From positions 1-64,000 of the forward strand of contig NW_026861885.1 of the NCBI RefSeq assembly GCF_026571515.1: a stretch of 64,000 nucleotides of DNA, given 5' to 3'. This document shows, piece after piece, positions 12,601-25,700 of this stretch. The notes under the pieces are model-generated. The model was not told the DNA's origin, searched no databases, and saw only the letters and a program-made list of their open reading frames with translations. A program made the position numbers and the translations under genes. Every line of letters starts with the position of its first letter. The first letter of the stretch is position 1. This DNA is from Ruditapes philippinarum. Taxonomy: Eukaryota.

Positions 12601-13692
12601 AAGAATTGAAAAATATAACGAAAGTGTAAGTTCCTTCTAAACTTTAATATCTGCTTGTTTTATTTGGTTCTATGACACTGACACTCGCATCTATAATACA
12701 TAACTTCTGATGAGCAAACGCAAATAATTCTAGACTCTTACACCAATAATGTTTTTGAAAGGTAATTTACATTCGCGATTTGTGCCTTCATAATTGATGT
12801 GTTTTACACACTTACTTTTAAGAGGAACTACTGTTTCCGCGAAGGTTTCTATGAATACAATACACTACAGCACATAACAGCGGAAGTTCTTTATCTTTTC
12901 AATTTCGAAGTTAAATTTGACTACAAATTGTTTTACAATTTTAAAGATAGAAATATTCATTAACTTACTTATTCATTCCTAGGTAAATATGACTGTTTGT
13001 TAGTGAGTGCTGGAATTGGTGAGAACCATATACCTTGTTCAGGCCTAATTGAGATGATTCGTATAGTAAAAACAGGTATTTCACTTCAGTGTTATATTTT
13101 TCTGGTCCTTTGGGATCACTGATTCCACACTTAAGTGTTTAAGCTGGTACTAAGGGTCCGTCGTGCGGGATGTTGCACTTTTTAATTGATCATCCCTCAT
13201 GTACAGACTCAATTAAACCGAGTCTGCATTTTTCATGTTATTTTGTTATAATAAATGATTTATTTTTGCCTCATTTTCTCTTAAACTTCAAGACATCATG
13301 AATGCGACGCTTTTCCTCCCACTTTATAGTCATAACAAACCCGTAAGCCATTATGGCCCTTTGATTTTTAAATTCGATGGGAATATGAACTGTTAAATTA
13401 CGATAACAGACTTAAATGACAAAATATAGACTTATCCTAATAACGTTGATTAATACTCGTCGTGTGGTGTCCTTGTACATCAAATAAGATATCAGTCTCT
13501 ATTTCAGGTGGTCTTATTTTAATTGCGACAAGAAAAGAGTTTAAAGAATATGTCGGAAATGATATTGATGAACTAGATACCTTCATATCGGAAATGGAGA
13601 GTGCAAACAAAGTAGAACTGATTGAAAGACGGGATTTTGCGGCTTACTCGGCGGAGAGAGACGGAATTCTTTACATACTGAAAATAAAGTGA
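9617..13692 (+). CDS. METTL27: Methyltransferase-like protein 27 (WBSCR27)-like class I SAM-dependent methyltransferase, 215 aa, 5 coding exons
   Basis: Exons 9617-9721, 10555-10683, 12383-12518, 12983-13075, 13508-13692; all GT-AG and phase-consistent (648 nt). Motifs: EVAECYTKWTENGQYDKDM, motif I IMDIACGTGLVGEKL, GFTDIDGLDPSEGML, YDCLLVSAG..HIP..EMIRIVKTGGLILI. One-to-one orthology is not tested. Confidence 0.85.
13100..13250 (+). repeat. Dispersed repeat family R1 (GGGATGTTGCAC..CCCTCATGTACAGACTCAAT.AAACCGAGTCTGCA)
   Basis: Further copies at about 21625-21745 (-), 25480-25562 (+), 61712-61860 (+) and 61983-62140 (+). Confidence 0.75.
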
Positions 13693-14835
13693 CGACATTG
13701 TAATATTTGCCCATGCTGTACAAGTATTCGGTACCTTTATATGAAAAGATATTATTTTGTAATCCCAAGTATGTACAAATTTATTGCATTGCTGCAAAGT
13801 AATAATAGAAAATAGCTATGTAAATTAGAAGTTTATTACAAAAATACTATGACTGTAAGAACTTCAGTATTAAATAATGTTCAATGATAGATCAAAATCT
13901 TGATTTTGCTTCTGAATTATGTTCATCTTAACTTAACTTAGGCTTAATAACAATCAACGTAAGTTTCATAACAATTATTGATTTCTCTATATTATTTGTA
14001 TTATTGATTTCTTTGTATTTATTGCACTGAAATGTACATTTTACTTGAAAATTATAATGTATATGATGATGAACTATGTACAAATAAAAAAATAAAAGTT
14101 CTGTTCTGTTCATTAATATTTGGAATGAACACGAGCGTCTTTGCAAGAAATTTGATTATTAAAGTAAGAGAACTTCATCGCCTTGTAAACATTTTGAAGG
14201 AGCAACGGAACGGCTCGTTAATAAAAATGGTTCGACTGCAAAATCATAGATTGCGAGTCCGATCTCCCGAATTAGTTTGTTTTACCGATAAGAACATGTA
14301 ACCTTATACAGAAGCACCTTGTTACAAAACTTTATGCATTGTAGGTTAATTAACTAGTTAATTAATCTTGGATCAGATCAATATTCGAAGATAACCTTCG
14401 TGATACTCTTCTGGAGTACGTCGCCAGTATAGGTGTCATGTGACGACAACAGTATTTTTTTCAAGTATGAATGTTTCTAGGATATCATCTCGCTCAATAA
14501 TATGATGTGTTGTCAGGATGATAGCTCTACGTTTATGTCGCCCACATAAGTTACGCTCGCTTTCACTTTGTTTATTTGTCTTCACTGGTACAAGATTACA
14601 GTACGATGTTTGAAAGACATTTTTTATGAAATACGTTCTTTTTTATCGTTATGATAATGAACTGTTCTTTTATGACAGTTATTCGTTGGGTTAAGAAATG
14701 CAAATGCAGGTTGTTTTCAAGAGATGATGCAGAATATTACTGTCTGTCGACATCTACGTTTCCAAGATTGTTACCAGAGTTATAAATGGCATATAATTTC
14801 ACTTCGTAAGGTCACTCATATTGAAATATGTAAAT

Positions 14836-15070
14836 GAGCCGCGTCATGACAAAACCAACATAATGGGTCTGCGACCAGCATGGATCCAGACCAGCCTGCG
14901 CATCCGCGCAGTCTGATCAGGATCCATGCTGTTCGCTTACAAACTCTATAACAAGTAGAGAAACCAACAGCGAACAGCATGGATCCTGATCAGACTGCGC
15001 GGATGCGCAGGCTGGTCTGGATCCATGCTGGTCGCAAACGCATTATGTTGGTTTTGTCGTGACGCGACTC
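14836..15070. mobile_element. Full-length palindromic MITE, Sola-like, with 4-bp AAAT target-site duplication
   Basis: Near-perfect inverted arms of about 100 bp, GAG..CTC termini, AAAT on both sides (14832-14835 and 15071-15074). AWWT duplications with GRG termini fit Sola2-type non-autonomous elements. Confidence 0.85.
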
Positions 15071-15423
15071 AAATATCTACAGATAATGCGCATTTTAAAA
15101 TCAACCAGGGTATAGGGTGAATGTTTTACAAATCTAAACGTGGTTTCAGTAATTTACAATTGTTTTTGACAATTGACTCATGGAAGCATGAAAATAAAGC
15201 CCTCTTTGGAACGGATCATATTCCCTTTGATATATCTTTGCCACTTTTTACAGATATTTGATTACTATTTTATCTGAAGTAAAGAAGTTTTTATTAGAGT
15301 TTTGATAAAAGAATTCAAAAGCACTTTCATTTTAGTGGAAAGGAATACAAAAAGATAATTTTTATCTAGTTATTTAATTAACCAGAACAATTGGATAATA
15401 TATATAAGTATGACCTAAATAAG

Positions 15424-18400
15424 ATGTCGACGCAAGGATTTAGGGTAAGTTGTCTCTTTGTATGTAAAAAACGTAACTCATATGTATGATGGTCTAAGGT
15501 TTGAGGCGTATAATATATTTTTAATCAGTAATTTGTAAGATTTATTCAATTAGCAAAAATAGAATCAAATCTGTATATCTGTATAACATATCAGTTACCT
15601 GTATATAAATTATAAAACAATGATATTATTTAATTTCGTATACATGCATTAGTTACAGATATTACTGATAAAAGTAATTATAGGCAATAAAATTCCAACT
15701 TAATCATATAATAATCAGTTACATGTATTTCTTAACAAATAAGTATATCAATTGTTTCGAACTTTAATCTTATTTTACTTAAAATTATCGTAGTTACTTT
15801 GTGTTTTTTTTTAAATGTCATGATTTACAAAATGTAAAAAATATTTTCTTTATTTAAGCTTTTTATCAAACATGTGTCATCTTAACGAAAGCACAATCCC
15901 TATACCATGCATAATTTATTTTTACTATTACTACACTTCTTCCTTTTTCAAGACATATTTATTTAGTGTGTTGATGTGTTTCATAGGCTTCATCGGGTGC
16001 TGACTCTCCGAATTCGTGGTTAAAACAGAGCTATGATTCTGGAAGTCGCTCACAAAATTTCGTTGATGATGAAGATGATCTTATCTCGAGGAAATCAAGG
16101 TATTTGTTTGTATTTATTATTGCTATGTGAAACGAAATCGACAGTTTTGAGAAAAGAGTTTTTTACATGTAGCTTACTAAGAGGACAAAGAAAAAGACAT
16201 TTATATCAAATGTCCAAGAATCTGTAGATACACTGTCACGTTTGTTATACATATATCTTGTATTACAAGGTATCATACTTGCAAATTATTTTGATGAATG
16301 AATTACGCTCACCATCGAGAGACTGTAAAGAATAAAAAGTATTTGACTTACAACAGCTGTGCTTAATTATATTAAGTTGCTCTTTCACTAGATTCAGTTT
16401 TGTTTAAATAATTACTAGTTAAGAAAATAGATATGGTAGCAATTGACATTGTAATCCTTTTTTTACTATATTTAAGACGTTTGAGTATATTCTTTGTATA
16501 ATCTTAGAGAACGTGCTTGGGCGTATGCATATGTTTGTATCATAGGAGAGAATTTCCCCCTGAAACCCATTGTTTTACTTTTTTCAGACTTCTTTCCAAA
16601 GTAAACAGTTTTCATTTTTCATATAGCCATGTTGTATTTTTAAAACCTTGAGTAAAGTATAGTATTCTGACTGTATATCTGTCTGTCTGTCTGCAAATAT
16701 CACATTTAGTTAAGAACTATAAATTGAAAATTGAAAATAAAATGCCGCGGGTGCAACAAACATCTTCTGTCAGTAGAACATTGGTTGAAACAACTTATTT
16801 ATAGCATAACAGTAATGCAAATATCCATACATAGGTCAGCGGTTATAGTAAAAATACAATTTCTTACGTGATTGATTTCTGCAGTAGGGCAATGAGTATA
16901 GCTCCTTCAGTGAGGAATGCAAGTCCGATCAAACCAAAGAACCCGAGCGGGTCACGTGGTAAACTAGGAGACGTATTAGAAAAGATGCACGAGGGCGTTG
17001 TACTGTCACAGCATGACGTATCAGCTGCTATGAGAGACTATAATCACCTTCTAACGAAATTGGAAGAATTGGAAGCAAAAACGAAAAAGATGAAAGTAAG
17101 TCTTTTTAATGATATTAACGAAGAATTTAAACATAATAGAACATACTGTAAAATGTTCATAGAACACATACCCCAAAATGACTCAGCTAACAAGGTACCC
17201 AGTAATACACGGAACCAAGCAGAGGAAGGCTTATGACTGGAGAAAGGAGTGGTAGGCACGCATCATCTAAAGGCACAATTAGCAATTTAATCAGAAAAAA
17301 ATTATAGGATATACAAATGAACACAATCAAAACGGCTGTAACACTTTTTGGACATAATATTTCAAAAGTTTAACATGCAAATGAAAACACTGCTTGAACA
17401 TTTAACAATGACATAACATGGAAAGTTTAACGTTTCTAAAATGGTACAATGGTTTATAGTTTTTTTCTATAAAAAAAATTTGATAGATCAAGTATCTTGA
17501 TAAAATAATACCATATTATCAATGTTGAAATGATTATATGCATTGGCGAATTCACCATTTAATCTTCTGTAAAAGATGTTATATTTCGTTATAGAACATT
17601 TCATTCTTCTTTCTCACATAACTCATGTGCGTCAAATAAATAGAGGATATTGAATAAGAGAAGGTTCAATACTGAATTTATTGAACGAGTTGAATAATGT
17701 TATTTCATTGATCGAGTTTTATAAATTTAGTTAGAAGTTACACGAATATAATATTCCATTTAACACATATCTAAAATAGAATTATTTACAGTAAATATAA
17801 ACCACTTTTTATTGACGCACTTATAGTGCGACACATTTACGCTATGTCTGTTAAATGCAAATGACGCACACGACAGTACAATACCATATTTAGGGAGTCG
17901 CGAAAGCGGCACTGGTATGTCATAAAATTCTGTTTTTGCGAAAATCTCTACCGATATCACAAAAAGAATATGAAAACAACGTGAGGGTAAAGTCTGCGAA
18001 CCTTATACATGATTTGAGTTTCTACCTTTTGAAATTTGTATGAGAATAGCATAGGTAAAGGATCTTATATATCTATACAGTTACAAGTATCCGGAGAAGA
18101 GTCTGATGGCATTGCCCCACCAGGTGAATCTAAAATCACACGAGACGAGAAAGACAAGTTACTGGAGCAGATCAAAAGGAAAGACAAATTAATAGCTGAT
18201 TATCAAAGCAGGTAATGGTGTCGACTAATAACATTAAATTAATATTTTGATTAATTAAATAAAGTTGATTACTGAATAGATCTAAATACAGCAGTGGAAT
18301 GCGATCAAAGCGGCTTTTTAATGCCTAGGTGATATTTACAGTATGTGCATATTTCAGTTAAGTTTTATTTTCCATCTACATACATGCATATGAGGTACAT

Positions 18401-21400
18401 TTCATAATATTAAAACAAGTGTACACAGTAAGAAAAACTAGAATACAGCTTATTTACATATGACATTCTGAAGAAGATGAAAAGTTATTATTGTATATCA
18501 CAATATAAAAACAACAACAAAACAAAGCAAGACAAAAGTGCATAGTATCACAAAAATTAAATACTTAAATACTAAAACCTTTATATTCATTAACCTATTA
18601 AGTGTTATTTATAAAACATTTTGTACAGACACTCATGATTAACTTGAATAATATAAAAATTTAAGAATTATCCAAAAGAAAGCGTTTTCATATTTGAAGG
18701 ACTATTGAGGTACTTCGTTTTTATTCTTTACGGAATATTATACTGTAGTAAGAAAATGTAACCCATACCTGCACGTATCCTTTTTGGGATAAGGTTGATT
18801 ACCACTGCATAGGGTTGAATGCCATTTATAAATTATTTATTTGAATAGTCTTTATATAAACGTGTACATAAATGTAGTAATCAATAAGGAATTGAATTCT
18901 AAATATCCGCCAATTTAGAAATTGTATACTCAGGAAACTTAGTTTGAATTACACTTAATAAAATGATAAATAAACCCGGTAGACATTTGTGATTTCGGAA
19001 AAAAATTCAGTACATCTGTTAAACTTTTATCTTATAAAGATTTCAGAGGGTATCACACAAAGCTAAGACAAAGGCAATGAAAAACGTATATGTTGAAGAT
19101 GTCATACCACCTGAAAAGATTATCAACAGCTTTGTGGACTTGTATGAGAAGGAATGGTACCACGCTTATGAAACGCTGAAGTCATCGTGGCACGACGAGG
19201 AGCGAGTCGTGTTTAGTCTGTTCCGAGTTGTCAGAGTAGGTGATTTAATTTTCTCATGTAAAATGGGCGATGAGGGAGATGGGGGGGGGGGGGGTAAGAA
19301 AAGCGGAATTACTGAATACGTGTAAAACGGCTTTTTCCTGTTTTGTGTTGCTCATGAACAAACTCTATAGAAGCGATTCTGCCACTTTCCTAAACTATTT
19401 CTTATATCTGAATTAACAGAATTATGATTAACATTTTGTAAAATTGCTAGTCAATTATTCTCTTTTATAAAAAAATTATATTTTTGAATAAAAAACTATA
19501 TTTCGTGATAAAAATGTTATTGTTGCACCTTCCTTTTCTTTAGGATGACTGCAATTTTATTTACAATTCTTCTTCAGCATGCGTACATATTTTGTTTTGA
19601 CATTGCTGAAACTCAGCGGACAGCTGTTGAAGATTATTCTGCACGATTACAAGAAGTGATGTTGCAGCCAACTTTTACACACCCAATGTCTAAATTGGTA
19701 TTGACATACTTTTCGTGTTCAGTTTGATTATCTAAATTTGTCAAAAGTAGTCCTTAAATGTTATTGAAAATAACTATAGAATACGCTTTACTCCCTTTCA
19801 CCAGTGGAAACATATCGTTTACACTTTTTTAGTAAACTATTAACAAATGAACATGTAATTGGTAATTCGAATTTTATCGATTTTTTTTCAAGAATGTATT
19901 TATGTTTGATTTTTTTAACCTGTCAATTACATACTGATTACACGGTCGATGCACACAGTATATTAATCTTCGGTAGATGTTCGGTTAGTTCCGTGAGATG
20001 TACGCTGTAATTTATTTTTTATCTCTAAACTAAGTGTACTCCGCGCTATAGCGCAATACGGTAAATCACGAGTTTATAATCTAAGTGCCACACGTGTTTT
20101 AAGTTCGAGGCCGCGTTGGTCCATGTTTTTTATTATTAATACTTTCAACATTATTGAATCTATATATGATTATTTTATGTTGTTCGTTTTTTATTGTTTA
20201 CTTAATTTTGTTATGTATATACTCTTTTTAAATAACATGTTTTTTAAGAATTCATGTTTAAAATCAAAACGGATTAAAATCAATAAATGTCTTTTCAATG
20301 CCGCAAAACACACTACAAATCTGTTCCATTAAAATATACTGCAAAAATAAAGAAAGAGTACTAAAACAATGGTAACAGTAAGGATCGAACCACAGACTTC
20401 TCAATTATCAGGCATTCTCTTTACCGACTGTCCTATTGTGAATTAACGAAAACCTTCACATTAAGCTGGCGTGACTTTCAACCCATGACTAATATACTCC
20501 AAATTAATTCACGGACCAAACCGAAGTGGGATCGAATATTTAAATGAGTCCTATAATGTATTCATAATTGACAGGTCAATAAATTCGAGAAATTTTATCT
20601 TTTTGGGAAATTCTATTTTTAGAAATATAAACCCTCAGCAGAAGTTAACACAGAGAACCAACAGTATATACAAATAGGTCAACGACTGCTCAAAGATTAT
20701 AAGAATGTGCTTGTAAGTCAGTCTGTTCCAGCCGTACAGGAGGTAAGAGAAAAAATGAAGAGAAAATAAGAATCCCTAAAGAAAGTCCAAATGGCAAAAT
20801 TGAAAATGTTGCAGGCTCCTGTTCATGGACAGTACTGTCAAGTGCACACCACCGTCCACTCCCCCTAGTACCGGCTTAGGCAAACTTTAACATTTAAATA
20901 TGAAAATGGTGAAATTTTAAATTTAGAAACATATGCAGATGTGTATATACGACGTTTATCATAGAACATTCAATGTGACACTTTCGTGCCATTCCATGAA
21001 AATACTACTTGGTCTCTTTGATGAATTCCAGAACAGACTTCATTGAGGTTTTTGAACATGATGGGTCTGAAAACATTTTTTTTTTCGAAGCTCTAGAACC
21101 ATTTGATGTAGGTCGGGACCATTAACTCGTGTACAAATTTTCAAATCATTCTCTCTCCCCCTTTTTTTGTGTGCACAATGACAAAAAAAATGAAAAGCGT
21201 TCCAATGCTTTTCACTCAAATTATCAGGCTAAGAATCGCACAAAAATCGATATTCATTAATATTCTGGGTACGTTTCCTTTGCAGAGTTTTTCTTTATCA
21301 TATGCTTCACTTTGTAAGAATTTCAAATTCAAATAATCATGCTTAAGATAGTATTGTTATCATTATGACCGTATTGTTTATTAGATGATTAAGTAACATG

Positions 21401-22237
21401 TTCCATAAAATGAAAATATATAGTTTTATTATAACTTACATAAACCCTTTACTGTATAGCCTTATGTGACATCGCATGGTTTTATTTTTATCTATCATCC
21501 TGGATGGTCAATATTTTTTTGCAATATTCCCAAGGGGCGAGTTATCTATATAGATGTTCTTGTTATCTCCCCTGATAAGAAGTATTTAATGCATATCGGG
21601 TGTAATTTGAATTACAACAAAGTAAAATGAAAATTGCAGACTCGGTTTAATCGATTATGTCAGTGAGTGCAACATCCCTCACGCTCCTCAGCAACGGTTT
21701 GAGCGGCACTTAAAAGTGCTGGAATACCCTTAGTCCTTAGGTAAATTAATCATATATTGAATACGTATCTTATTAAATAAGAACTGAATTTAAATATGCA
21801 GATAGGTTTGTCCATTTTAATCATTATCTATGATTCTTGCCCACATGCAAACTATCCGGCTGCTGGGTTTATAAACCAAACATGTACTTCAATAAACATT
21901 ACTAATATCTGTAAGGTTTTATTATTTTCGTTTTCAGCTGTTTCGTAAAGTAAAACTTCCAGAATTATTTGACAGCGGGTTTGTGAACAAAATAGTAAGA
22001 GACTTTGTGAATCGAACAGTTGAGTTGATTTGGTTGATGGTCGTGCAAGAGCCTCCGATGATGGTTTATTGGCTCGAACCCAAACAGACCGTTGTGAAGG
22101 AATATTTCAAGTTTTACAAAGAGAAAAGAGCGTTAGTGAGACAGACTGTATGGCCGGCTGTATTTCATAAAGAAGGCGGGGCGTTGCTAAGCAAAGGTGT
22201 TGTCATGGCGGGAAGTGCAGAAGATTTTGCTGACTGA
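15424..22237 (+). CDS. Gene A: Mieap (mitochondria-eating protein) C-terminal-domain-like protein, about 403 aa, 8 coding exons
   Basis: Exons 15424-15444, 15987-16099, 16885-17095, 18081-18211, 19040-19235, 19578-19697, 20623-20742, 21938-22237; phase-consistent (1212 nt). Motifs FVDLYEKEWYHAYE and ELIWLMVVQEPPM..VRQTVWPAV..GALLSKGVV. The first two exons are less certain. Confidence 0.8.
20770..20850 (+). repeat. Dispersed repeat family R2
   Basis: AATCCCTAAAGAAAGTCCAAA..GGCAAAA..GAAAATGTT..CCTGTTCATG..GTACTGTCAAGTGC recurs at about 57007-57097. Confidence 0.7.
21625..21745 (-). repeat. Dispersed repeat family R1, inverted copy in the last intron of gene A
   Basis: TGCAGACTCGGTTTAAT..GTGCAACATCCCTCAC is the reverse complement of the 13100 and 62060 copies. 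Confidence 0.7.
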
Positions 22238-22759
22238 TATACAGATGAATTGAAAAGGGAAATGACAAACAATTTAAAAAAATGAAGAATAGAATTGAAA
22301 GCTTGTTAATTTTAATCATAGTAAAATAAATGTTGTTGTTATTGTTATTTTTGGTGATGTGTTTGAGAAGATTCACAATGTATATCTCGCAAACCATGTT
22401 TATACAAAGCATCTGCTACTTCCATACCTCTTGGACACATCTCGCATATATCAAATATCAGACTATAGCAATTTAAGAAGATTAACAGATCACTTCCCTT
22501 GCGACTTTTATAATTGTTTACACAAGATATGTTAAATTCAGTTCGTAAAATATGATAAAACAAAAATACGCAAGATGGTTTGATTCTTTTTATTTCAAAA
22601 ATAAAATAATCTACTTCACTGATGAAAAACGGAATGTCCAGAAAAAAATCATGAACGTGAATTTGTAAGAAAAATATAATCATGCTTTTAAAAGCATTCG
22701 AGTTTAAGCCAATATGTTCCATGAAGGTCTCGAGAAAACTGTCAAAATGTTATTTTGCT

Positions 22760-25700
22760 TTAATGTAAGTGAGCCACGCCTTTCTCCATTAGCGGTCCAT
22801 TTTTGTGCAAAAACAACGCTGGCCAAACGCAATTCTGCACGGCATTTCCGCTCCTGGTAAATGGCTTGAAGAGACTTGTTGGTCTGTCCCCTTTATTACA
22901 GAATTCAAGATGCATGGGATTGGCCTGGGTACACATCATCCATATTACTTCTATACAACGATCTATGAACGCTACTTGTGAATTCGTTGGCCGTTGAGCT
23001 GGATGAATTGTTTTCAGAATGTCTTCATAGAATAGCTGTAATCAGTTACCAAATTTGTTATATGTAAGCGCTTAAAGAATTCCATAAAAGCTATTTAATT
23101 GTATTCATATACCCAATAATAATATTTATAACTACTCATGACTACTTAGTTAATCATATACTATTTCATTTAATTATTATCTTACATTTACCCACTATGC
23201 TTATCAACAAATATTCTATTTTGCGCATGTATTGTTTACACACCAAAAATAAAACAAACGACAAGAACGTATATATGCGTACAAAAACTATCATTTACAT
23301 ATACATAACATATAAACGACTATATAACTTAATCAAGCATATTCGTAAAACAATTGAATCTCTCGGCTTACCCATTTGACAACGGGTAATGATGCAACAG
23401 ATGCATACTTTCTGAAGTCTCTCAGCATTGCATCATTTTCTCGGACAATAGCAATGAGTTGACGATCAGGTCTTACTTGCGCCTCTAAAGCTGCCTGAAA
23501 TCAGCAAAATTGCAAATTTGTACATCCTTGAGTTTTGCATATAAAGCATGTAGAACAAGTGGGATATTGTTTATTTTTTATTGCTCATCTGATTAAAAAA
23601 AAAATAAACATTTTAAAAATAAACACCTCATGCGTACATTTAATCGTACTAAACGAGCAGTCAGTGATAAAAACACCACAGTTTAACATGATGATAGGTT
23701 ATAAAATAAGGGCGTCCGTGGTCGAGTGGAAAAGTTCATTGACTTTAAACCACGCATTTGTCCCTTACCGCTTAAGGTTCGAAACCCGCCAGAATCCCGC
23801 CAGGGATTTTAGATTATTTCATGCGATGAAGCTGTCAAGCTTCTATACGAAACGTCGGTGGTTCTACTCAGGTGCCCGCTCGTGCCTGCACAGAGAGACA
23901 CCTGAGGTGTTCCTTCACTCCATCAGTAAAGCTGGAAAGTATGACCTCTACTGTGTTGGTGCGACGTAAAGCCATTTCAGCAAACACAATTTCACAACCT
24001 AGACAACCTTTAACTTTACATAATCAAATTGATAAAAAATATAAATACAAATAAGCAAACTTCAGTATAATATACAAAATACATACACGCGAAATTTGTT
24101 AATAATCCATATTTACCCTAGACTGTTGTGAAATGTTGGGATAAAGCATTTCGTTTTCTGTATGCATCATTATGTTCACTATCTGTCTCTCTGCCGTGTT
24201 TCCACAATAATCATACGCACTCTAAATTCAACAATAATATCAATTGAAAATAAATATATTATTATTATTGATGGAATTATTTATATACTACTTTTATAAT
24301 TCTTAAGTTGTACGAAACCAAACCAACATTAAAAGACTTAATATTAGCTTAAATATTACGCCTTTTAGAATATATGACAGTCACAAAGATAGCAAATAAT
24401 TATATAAACATTATATCAGTAATTTCGGGGATGCTTCAAAATTCAGTTTTTTTTTTACTCTCGTTCTTTTTAGTCAAATGGTCACATATCTTGAAGACAA
24501 TACAAAAACACGGTCATTTCGAATACGGGTAGAGTCACTAAATCATCTCTTCAGTTTTCATTTCATAGCCTTGGTCAAGCAAGATTCAAGAAATATAAAG
24601 TCAATATTTTTGGTCGACCTTTTGCGTTATCGCCCGAAATATATTTATGCCTAAAGATAAAACAAATAATTTTCCACTTTTTAAGTTAATATGAAAATAG
24701 TCCTCTATTTACATTTGTGAAAGTTTTGAATATTTTGGCTCTTTTCGAACTTTTCTACATAATACATTCGTCAATAGATTGAAAGGTATGATATACGGAG
24801 TCTGACAAAGTTAGACTGAACTATACGAGTGTTTGATTCACTGAAAACATAGAAGTTGCTGAAGCGATTTTTATAGTACCTTTATTATCTTAGTGAGATG
24901 TTGTATGGTTTCGTTTGGATCCCTGTACATTTGCTGAAGTTCCTCGTATGCTGCAGTCCACTCTCTGTTATATAGCTCATTGAACATATCAGCCACGTGC
25001 TTCGGGCTAGTTACCTCCTCTAAATCTGTCGCTTTTCCATTGCGCAATCTCTCGGACGCCAGTTGACTCAGACTGATATAATTAATCGATTGTTAAATCA
25101 ATGTACATAACAACACTCTTCGTTTTATATTACCATTTAAAAATTATATCGTATTAACCCTAAGACACAATTAATCAAACGTCAATTGTCTTAAAGACAG
25201 TATTTTCGTAAAGAAAATAAGATTGAAATTTAAATAGAACCCTTTGATATTACTTTCTATTATTTGGTAACCTAAAGTGTTCCATGAATGGGAAGTGAAA
25301 CCGTAAGTTGCTTTCTTTTCCATTAAAGGTGGCCTTTCAAACTGATTTAAAGATATAGCTGACTATTTATCAGACTCGCTTTCTCTCAAACATGGTCTGT
25401 TATTTATTATCATTATAATTTATATGTTAAAAATGTATATGACTAAGCAGCCGGTGCAGGGTATAGGACTAAGCAGCCTGTGCAAGGGGGCGTGAGGGAT
25501 TTTGAACTTTTTCTTTAACCCTCATGTACAGTCTCAATCTAACCGATTCTGCAATTTTCATCAGCCTTCTTTAGGATTTTTTAACAGGCCATGGTGATGA
25601 TGCTTTAGATAAAGCAGCTGCAGCATACCAGTTCTTATCATTATGCTGATGATATGTCATTAAGACATTTTTGGATATTAAATAAGTGTTTTAAACACCT

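Noticed and set aside
9617-13692. Functional link between the methyltransferase and the Mieap-like array
   Set aside because: Adjacency alone is not evidence in an animal genome; conserved synteny or co-expression would be needed.
19041-19047. TTTCAG at 19041-19046 as the acceptor of gene A exon 5
   Set aside because: It breaks the frame; the AAG acceptor ending at 19039 keeps the phase-2 junction shared by all paralogs.
23709-23795. tRNA gene
   Set aside because: A and B boxes are present but there is no clean cloverleaf, and the sequence continues into a SINE body seen again at 32778.
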